A stretch of 64,000 nucleotides of DNA, taken from NCBI GenBank assembly GCA_965644315.1, contig CBFFRQ010000031.1, positions 310,001-374,000 on the forward strand. The letters run 5' to 3'. The notes beneath the pieces are model-generated. The model was not told where the DNA came from. It searched no databases and saw only the letters and a list, made by a program, of their open reading frames with translations. Below are positions 56,723-64,000 of this stretch, one piece after another. Made by a program: the position numbers and the translations under genes. This DNA is from Caecitellus pseudoparvulus. Taxonomy: Eukaryota; Protista; Bigyra: Bicosoecida. How positions within the stretch are numbered: the first letter of the stretch is position 1; the number at the start of each line of letters is the position of its first letter.

Positions 56723-56734
56723 GAGGGGGGGGGG

Positions 56735-58714
56735 CTACCCCTCCCCCTCCAGGCGGCTGGACAGCGCCGCCAGCGCGGACTCCAACTGCAGCAGCGCGCC
56801 CAGCTTGGCACGGTCAGCCTCTGGCACTGCAGCGGATTGGATGCTGTCGCCTGGCGCCAGGGGAGCGACGGGTGGCGGGGGTGGCGCCACGCCTTCCGTG
56901 GCCGGGCCAGGCAGTGCGCCCACTCCCGTCACCCCCGTCACCGCCCCCGCCACCTCCTCCTTCAGCGCCTTCAAGTACGTCAGCTGGAAGTCCTTGTCGT
57001 GCACTGCCCAGGCCACCACGCCCGTCGGGTCTCGTGGGTCCACCTGCGGCGCAGGCACTGCCCGAGGGCGCCCATCCTGGGGGGGAACTGGCGGGCGCAG
57101 GTTGTCGGCCAAGGGTCCCTCTGTCCCTGCCCGCGCCCTGGCCACAAGCAGGGACAGCGTGTTGAGCATGGCGACGTGCACTGGCGCCCGGGTGGCCAGG
57201 TCCACGCCCGCCTTCCACGGAGCCAAGGCCAGTCGCTGCACGACATCTGTGAAGAGGGGCAGGAGGGCGGGGGAGGCAAAGGTCGCCGTAGAGGGGGGCT
57301 GCGCCAGGTCGCTGGCCACCAGGGCCCGCACGCCGTCCCACAGCATGGCCAGGACGTCAGGCTGCCCGCCAGCCTGCAGCGCCAGGCGCAGCAGCCACAG
57401 GCGTGCGCCCGGTGCGAAATGCATGAGCAGGTCCCGACTCGCGACCCAGGCCAGCTGCCGGCCCCACTCGGTGGGGTCTGTGGACATGCTGCGCAGCAGG
57501 CCCTGCAGCAAGGCCGCCTCTGGCGCGTCGCCGTGCTCCTGCTGCACGGGGGCGGTGAGGTCCGGGATGGGGCCCGACAGGCCCAGGCCGCTGCCGCCCC
57601 CGTGCACCGGCCACCGCGACAGGAAGCCACGGTGGGAGGCACGGCGCTGTGCGAGGGGCACGTCCCCGTGCATGGCTCGGTACAGGCCCAGGATGACCCT
57701 GCGGGTGGTGGCGAAGGGGGGTGGCACGCCCCCTGCAGGGGGGGCCAGCAAGGCCCCTGCACAGGGTATGCCGGCCTGCAGCTGGCCTGCCGTGGACAGC
57801 ACGCCAGCACCGGGCAGTGCCCCTGACTGGGCGCCCACCTGCCACGCCCACACACACAGCCCTGCAGCGGGGGGCAGGGGCACGGCATCTCGGTCGGGCG
57901 TGTCGTCTGTCGCGGCGTGGTCCGTGGCGGCCTGCCTGGCTTCCACGCCAGCCCAGAGGGGATCTATGCCCAGGCTGTGCAGGACACTGAGCAAAGGCAC
58001 CAGGAGGCTGGCTGCCGCGCCGTCCTCCCCCACGGTGGCCACCTCCGTCACACTGGCCAGGAGGGGGTACGCAGTGACGCCAGGCGGCAGGGGCGCCAGG
58101 GACTGCCCGAAGCCTCGCAACCACTCCAGGAAGCCAGGACACAGCGCGGCGGGCTCGTGCAGGCTTTCCTCCAGGTCCATGCGCCCCTCCTCCGCCTCCT
58201 TCTCCACGGGGCGCACCAGGCACTGGGAGGAGGGCAGGGACCGCACGAGAGCTGCGCCCAGCTCCAGCGCAGCCGAGCGCGCCCGGCCCGCGCCCTTGGC
58301 TGTGGACGCTGCCTGCACCATGGCGGCCACGGCGTTCATGCCGATCAGCATCCAGAGCAGGGCTGGCAGGCCCGCACTGCCTGCCAGTCCGGCCTGGACT
58401 TCCAGCAGCGCCAGCCGAGGCGGGCAGTGCTGCAGCAGTGCTGCTGAGACGGCCGCCACCACGCCAACTGGCGCGCCCGCCGCCTGCAAAGCGCGCCCTG
58501 CCCCCGCCACGGCAGCACTGAAATGTTCTTCGATCCAAGTCTGTGTGCATCACAGCATGCAGCAGTGCGGATGACGAGGCTGGGACGCCAGCAACGCGGC
58601 ACTCACTGCGTCATCGCCGCTTGCGTCGTGCAGCGCTGTGGCCAGGCCGCTGGCTTCTGCACCCGACGTCAGCTCCTGCTGCCCCTCCAGCACTGCCCGC
58701 AGTGGCACCGCCAT
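56735..58714 (-). CDS. Glomulin/ALF4-like helical-repeat protein (2 exons)
   Basis: HCPPRLALLEV, ARLWLLRLAL...VLAMLWDGVR, VAMLNTLSLL, DPTGV...YLKAL and terminal LESALAALSSRLE parallel glomulin/ALF4 motifs as recalled. Confidence 0.55.
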
Positions 58715-58909
58715 GGCCAGAAGGCTGCCCTGCTAAATGCCCTTGCAACCCTGCCTGTGCAAGCCCAGCACAGCGCCGCTCTTCCCCTTGACTTAGTGAA
58801 TTGAGGGGGTGCGGAGTATGGTCACCGGCGCAGCCGGGCTGTGCAGGCTGCCTGGGCAGCTGTGCCAACTGCGCCAAATGCTGGGAGGCGCGTCGCGCAG
58901 CTGGCTGGC

Positions 58910-59863
58910 TCACGCTTGGTCGCTGGGAGGGGGCGCCGGCGCGCCGTCACTCGCCTTCGCGGACTGCTGCGCCAAGATGCGCTGGCCCAGGGGCGTCTCT
59001 GACAGCGCCCTGCTGCGCGTGACGATGTCAGAGGTGGGCTGCCGGGGAATGGTGTCCCCCCCCAGCCCGATGCTGTCCAGGCGCATGGCCAGGCGGGGGT
59101 CGGTGGTCGCCGCCTTGGCCGCCGCCTCCACCTCATCCTCCGCATCCTCCCACGACTGGGGGCTGCGGTGCACAGGCCGGTGCTTGGGGCTGCCCGTGAC
59201 GGAGCTGCGCCGGATGAACTCCGTCACGTCGTCTTCCGACGGCGCCTCGCTGGGCGCTGCTTCCTCCGTGTCACCCCCCCCTGCCGACGGCTCCACACGC
59301 CCTGACGGCGCAAACGACGTGATGAAGCTGTTGAACGTCTGCGTCGTCGCATTGCTGGGCTTGCGGTGGCCTTGGATAATGTCCTCCTCGATGTCTTCTG
59401 CGTCGGAGTCCAGAACTCGCTTGGCAGGGCGCGGTGGCGCGGGCGGGAACGCTGCTGCTGCTGCCGTCGGCGGGCTTTCGCCGGTGCCTGAGCCCATGGC
59501 AGGGTTGTCCGTTTCTGCGGGGGCAGCCGCGTCAGTGACGGGGTGGGGGCTGACTTCGGGCAGTGCTTCCTGGGACTCCTCCACTGTGCCGGGTTGGAAG
59601 CCGACGGCGTCCTTGGGCGCTCCTGGCAGCGCCGGGGAAGTGTCCGAGGCGGGGTCTCCTTCCGGGTTCACACGGGCCGGCGAAGCGGGGGGCGGCGCGG
59701 CACCGCCGCCCTCCCCGCCGCCCCCGCAGCACCCCCCTGACGACTTCTTCGGTGGCTTCGTTGCAGGTCGGGCATCAGCGTGCTTGGGCATGCCTTGAGG
59801 TGGCCCAGGCTCGCCGCCGGAGGCGCCTGAACCCTCGCCCTTGCTGGAAGGCTGGGGTGGCAT
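58910..59863 (-). CDS. Disordered hypothetical protein
   Basis: Pro/Ala/acidic ORF with a GGCC motif; no family recognised. Confidence 0.5.
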   Translation of the reverse strand: MPPQPSSKGEGSGASGGEPGPPQGMPKHADARPATKPPKKSSGGCCGGGGEGGGAAPPPASPARVNPEGDPASDTSPALPGAPKDAVGFQPGTVEESQEALPEVSPHPVTDAAAPAETDNPAMGSGTGESPPTAAAAAFPPAPPRPAKRVLDSDAEDIEEDIIQGHRKPSNATTQTFNSFITSFAPSGRVEPSAGGGDTEEAAPSEAPSEDDVTEFIRRSSVTGSPKHRPVHRSPQSWEDAEDEVEAAAKAATTDPRLAMRLDSIGLGGDTIPRQPTSDIVTRSRALSETPLGQRILAQQSAKASDGAPAPPPSDQA

Positions 59864-60215
59864 GCTTGCACGGCCCGGCGCACGACGGCGACAGCAGCGG
59901 CCAGGCAGGGCACGGGAGGCGCTGAGAACTCCCGTGTGTCACTTGTTTCGCTGCTGCCCTCGTGTGCTGGGCCAGGCGGGGGCTCCAGGGCACAGGGGCT
60001 GGCACGAAGCGAGCCTCGTGTGCAGGCTGTCGCTGCGACGTGCCGGATACAAGATCGAAAGGGGCTGTGCCAGCGAGCGGACGAAAGCCATGCATTGCTT
60101 GCAGAATGCATGTGGGAAGTGGGTTGCCGGCAGGGCTGTCGCCTCTGGCCAGCTGCGCGGCATGCCCGCAGCCCCCCCCCGCCACCACAGCCACCGCTTG
60201 CGAGCGCTGCCGCCG

Positions 60216-61946
60216 CTACGCCTGTTCCTTCTCGCTGCCCCCGCCCTGCAGGGCCTGCAGCAACATCTTGGCACGCAGCATGGCACGGCCTTCTGCAGCC
60301 TGCTGCACCTTGAAGAAGGCGCCGGCGCCGGAGCGTGCCTGAGGGAAGGCGGCCCCAGAGCGAGCCTCCCACGCTTCTGCGGCGAAACGCAGGACATTTC
60401 GCGCATGGGCTTGTGAGGGCGCCCCCGAGCCAGGGGCGCGCGGCATGATGATGGGGCACCCCGGCAACTGCTGCCCTTCCCTTGCCCGCAAGACTGCATC
60501 CAGGACGCCCTCCGACAGCCCCGCCATGGCCAGCGCTGCCAGCTGCGTCACTGCAGCACTGGTTTGCGCCTGCACCACGCGCAACACAGCCACCTGCAGG
60601 TGCAGGCTGCGGCAGTATGCGGCCTGCAGCTGCCCTGAAGCAGGCGCGTGCACCATGAGGGCCCTGCACGCGTGCCATGCCAGCTGTGCCGCCATGAGCG
60701 CCTGCACCTTCACGCCGTCCAGCCTGCGTGCATCCGCCTTGCACTGCAGCATGCCCACCAGCGGTAGTACGTAGGAGTCCACCACCGCCACCCGAGCGCC
60801 GTCCAGCAAGACGGCCAGCTCTGCGTCCACGCTGGCCTTCACCTCCTCTGTGAGGGTGCTCAGGAACGGCAGGAACGCCGTGCCCAGCAGGGCCTGCCGC
60901 AGGGCACTGGCCGTGTGTGGTGCCTGCGCCGCCACTCGGTCCAGCGCGCGCCGCGCAGCGACCACCTTGCTGCCCGGCGGCAGGGTGCTTCCCGGCGCCA
61001 GGGCTTCCTCGCACAGCAGGTCTTGCAGGGGGGCGGGCAGGGCACAGCTGCGCTGCGCTGCGTCGCGCATGGCTGCGCCGTGTACGTCTGCCAGGCGGGC
61101 AGCACGCTCCAGGCAGGCGGCTGAGGCCGCCAGGGAGGGCAGGTGCACGGCACTGCCTTCCGCCAGCTCCTGCTGCATGTCCTCCACCACTTCCCGCGCC
61201 CATGCTGCGGCACTGCTCTGCGCTGTGGAGGGCTGTGCGGAGCCGCTGGCGGCTGCGGCAGCGGCAGGCTCGACCGACGGCAACGCAGGAGGGACGACGG
61301 CTGGAGCGGCGGCGAGGTCCCCCGTGCCCACCAGCGGCACAGAGGGCGAGGAGGGGCGAGTGGTGATGCCCTCTTCACCACTCGCGCCCCCGGCAGCCTT
61401 GGGGTCGCCAGACTCGCCGTCCAGCGCACTGGGCGCAGGTGCGGAATTTGCGCTGGTGTGGCGAGGGCTCTGCGTTTCTCCGCCCTGGCCAGCCAGCGTG
61501 GCAGCCCAAGAGGTGCCGAGGCGGGACGGCGCAGAGGAAGAGGAAGCAGACGCAGCCGTGGGATCCACGGCCGACGCACGCCACGGTTCAGCTGCCACTG
61601 GCAAAGTTGACTCGCTGCCGCTGATGGGCGTGTTGCGCCCTGGTCGAGCGGCGGCACCCCGCACCGCCCCTGCCTTGCTCGGTGTGGAAGGCGTCAGCAC
61701 ATCGTGAATGCTGCCCAGGACCCCTGGCCTGTTGCCCCCTGCACTCCTGGGCTGCTGTGGCGCCCCCGAGCTGACGCTGGCTGCGTCACTTGTCGCGTTG
61801 CGACGCTGGGCCTTGCGGCGGCCCCTGCTCTCCTCCTCGAAGAAGTCACTGACGGCGGCGGCGTTGGCAGCCAGGGAAGATGGCGTTCGAATTCGCTTCG
61901 ATGACCGCCTGGGCTCGGCGCGGGGGGCCTTGCGTCTCGCTGGCAT
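60216..61946 (-). CDS. Hypothetical protein (basic disordered N-terminus, helical C-terminus)
   Basis: Long ORF with GCCATG start. Confidence 0.55.
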   Translation of the reverse strand: MPARRKAPRAEPRRSSKRIRTPSSLAANAAAVSDFFEEESRGRRKAQRRNATSDAASVSSGAPQQPRSAGGNRPGVLGSIHDVLTPSTPSKAGAVRGAAARPGRNTPISGSESTLPVAAEPWRASAVDPTAASASSSSAPSRLGTSWAATLAGQGGETQSPRHTSANSAPAPSALDGESGDPKAAGGASGEEGITTRPSSPSVPLVGTGDLAAAPAVVPPALPSVEPAAAAAASGSAQPSTAQSSAAAWAREVVEDMQQELAEGSAVHLPSLAASAACLERAARLADVHGAAMRDAAQRSCALPAPLQDLLCEEALAPGSTLPPGSKVVAARRALDRVAAQAPHTASALRQALLGTAFLPFLSTLTEEVKASVDAELAVLLDGARVAVVDSYVLPLVGMLQCKADARRLDGVKVQALMAAQLAWHACRALMVHAPASGQLQAAYCRSLHLQVAVLRVVQAQTSAAVTQLAALAMAGLSEGVLDAVLRAREGQQLPGCPIIMPRAPGSGAPSQAHARNVLRFAAEAWEARSGAAFPQARSGAGAFFKVQQAAEGRAMLRAKMLLQALQGGGSEKEQA

Positions 61947-62257
61947 GGCGTGTCGACGGACTGCTCCTCGCCAGCCAGCTGCGTTCCCCACTCACGGCAC
62001 AGAACGGGACCGCTGCACACGGGCACAGCGCAAGCAGGCAGGGTCCGAGCACACGAAGGGATGGTACTTGTATTGTTTTGCTTGCCCCAACAGCCACGGC
62101 TGCAGCGGGCGCCGTGGCGAGGGGGGTGCAGGGGGCCTGCAAACCCGCACCAACGCTGCCGTGGGTCTAGTGCGTTTCCGCCACGCCAGTGCCGGGTGCA
62201 GTGGAAGGATGCCGCGCGCAGGCAGGGCGAGGCCTGCACGTTGGCTGGCGTGCGAGT

Positions 62258-63334
62258 CTACTTGCCACTGCGCTCAATGCTCAGCCCAGGGCCCTTCGCA
62301 GCGTGCTCCTCCGCTTCCGCTTCACTCAGCACGGACAGCGTGTACTCTGCGTTGCTGAACTGCGGAAGCTGCACCTCCTCCCCCGCCGGGTTCAGCAGCG
62401 CCAGGCGCAGAGTGAAGGTGCTGCCATGCCCAGCCACCACCTTGGGGTGCAGGTTTGTGATGAGGAAGGCTGACCAAGTGCGCAGGGTGCCAACGGGCTC
62501 GCCGTTGACGTGCACGCGCACTGCGAAGCCATGCGGCTCGGCGTTCACCTCGCAGTTGTTCACGAAGAAGTCCACCAGCAGGCCCTCTGCTGGCGTCGCC
62601 GTCACTTCCCCCGCCGCAGCAGGCACCAGGACGTCCACTGTGTTGCGCAGGGCTGCCGTGCTGATGGCCGCTCGGGGTGTGAGGAATGAAATGCACGGCA
62701 GGCCAAACATGTACGGCCTGTGGCGGGCGCGGGGCGGGCGCTGCGTGGTGCCTTCACGCCTGCCTGCCGGGCTCCGCCCCCTGCTGCACTCACCGAGGGT
62801 GGGCAGCTGTCTCGCCGGTGAAGCTGACGACGTAAAACTCCGCTTCCACAAACGCCATGGGGCTCTTCAGGCAGGTGTCGCTGCTGCCGTCCACCAGCAC
62901 TGCCCGGAGGAAGTGGTGCCCTGCTGAGAGACCCCGCACCTCCACCCGGTTGCCGTGGCTGTGCACGGCGACGTCATTGTCCACCAGCACAGTGAGGTAG
63001 CCTTGCCCGCCCTGCGCGCAGAGGCCGCCAGAGCGCGGAGGGGGGGGGCTGCCGACATGCTTTGCGAGACAGTGCTCCCCTCGCGCCCTCACCTCCGACA
63101 CGTCGAAGCCGTCCACTTGGAAGTCCAAAAAGAAGTCGTGCGGCAAGGGGGCGCCCAGGTCGCTCAGCAGCGTCAGCGCCAGGGAGCTCTGTGCAGCGCA
63201 GGAGCGAGCCGGGGTTGCTGGCCTGCTGGGCAGGGGCACTCGGTTGTGCATCGCACCTCGTCCACCACAGCCTGCTGCGCGACGGGAAAGAGGGCCACCT
63301 GCTTGCCCTCGCCAGCAACTGTCGCTGCAGCCAT
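62258..63334 (-). CDS. Two-beta-sandwich protein resembling a bacterial uncharacterised family (4 exons)
   Basis: Introns 63256-63189, 63092-63012 and 62793-62718 give a continuous frame. Confidence 0.65.
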
Positions 63335-63520
63335 GGCGAAACGGCACGGTCACCGCTCGCAAACGCCAGCCCAGCCTCAAAAGTGCCACAGCACGCCCGT
63401 GGGGGAGAGGCTGCATCAATGGCGTGCGCTACCAAGCGTGCAGCGCTTGGGAGCTTTTGTGGATTGGGCGATCGGTGTGCATTGCTGGGAGGCGTGGGCC
63501 CGTTTCGCCCGCGTTTCGTC

Positions 63521-64000
63521 ATGCCCACACGCACGCGCAAGCGACCACGCACCTCCGAGCAGGGTGCCTTGGCAGCAGCACACTTCAAGTCTGCTTGGGC
63601 GGGAGTCATGTCCTTCCTAGGTCCCTTTGACGCAACCTGTGCCAGCTGGGTGTGCCGCACGCTGCAAGCCGCCTCGTGGAATCAGTGCGTGGTGGCCCAC
63701 GTTCAGCTGCCCTTCCCTGCAGACGAACCCCGCGCCCCTGCGCGCACCCACACCGCCCGCCGGGCCGTGTCCAGTGGGAACTCCCCCGCGCCTTGGCCAG
63801 TGCTGGACCGCCCCAGCAGCAGCCAGGTGTGGGGCTTCCTCAAGGCACGTGCACGAAAAGTGGACACCCTGCACCTCGACGGCGCAAACACAAGCTCGGA
63901 GCTCTGGCTGCAGTGCCTCAGTGTGGCCCAAAACGCGGCATCCCTGACGGCCTTGTGCGTGTCCCACCTGAACTCCGCCCTCATGGCGTGCCCGCTGCCT
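63521..64000 (+). CDS. F-box protein, probably with LRRs (runs off the window)
   Basis: Frame open to the window end and absent from the ORF track: MPTRTRKRPR...WAGVMSFLGPFDATCASWVCRTL (F-box-like)...VDTLHLDG. Confidence 0.6.
   Translation, partial: MPTRTRKRPRTSEQGALAAAHFKSAWAGVMSFLGPFDATCASWVCRTLQAASWNQCVVAHVQLPFPADEPRAPARTHTARRAVSSGNSPAPWPVLDRPSSSQVWGFLKARARKVDTLHLDGANTSSELWLQCLSVAQNAASLTALCVSHLNSALMACPLP

Noticed and set aside
440-61707. Many long antisense or alternative-frame ORFs (e.g. 10865-13069, 24969-26399, 46857-49361, 56622-58574)
   Set aside because: Expected shadows of GC3-rich coding sequence with few stops; no recognisable motifs
3358-63256. Introner-like mobile or non-canonical introns
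   Set aside because: All introns I mapped are GT-AG, share no obvious sequence beyond splice signals and show no terminal repeats
63617-63984. Minus-strand ORFs at the window end
   Set aside because: They are antisense to the plus-strand F-box frame starting at 63521

Overview
Eukaryotic, very gene-dense, GC-rich (about 70% by eye) nuclear DNA with about 33 protein-coding genes in 64 kb. Introns are short canonical GT-AG (mostly 60-140 nt) and convergent genes are separated by as little as 11-48 bp. Gene content (BBIP1, a TPPP-like protein, secreted or lysosomal glycosidases, PUFA-type elongase, nothing plastid-related) fits a flagellated heterotrophic protist, possibly a stramenopile; this is inference. 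Recognised genes: LTV1, GH27 alpha-galactosidase, eIF2-beta, PP2C, SERAC1-like, R3HDM4-like, RPS5, RNF5-like, EFL1, IST1, bystin, RNase H2B, PDI-like, trehalase, elongase, BBIP1, class II CPD photolyase, Mic60, peptide deformylase, glomulin-like and an F-box protein. Best leads: (1) a recurring (C/G/A)AAT(G/A)(C/T)A motif just after about 20 stop codons, a candidate non-canonical polyadenylation signal, shared as a palindrome by convergent pairs; (2) a photolyase with a TFIIS-N-like N-terminus and ET-binding-like C-terminal motifs; (3) a low-GC island with a pseudokinase-ankyrin gene; (4) an intron-containing gene resembling a bacterial family; (5) eIF2-beta without lysine boxes; (6) split or nested domain architectures. 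No rRNA, tRNA, CRISPR array or recognisable transposase was seen. All calls come from manual splicing and motif recognition, with no database searches.
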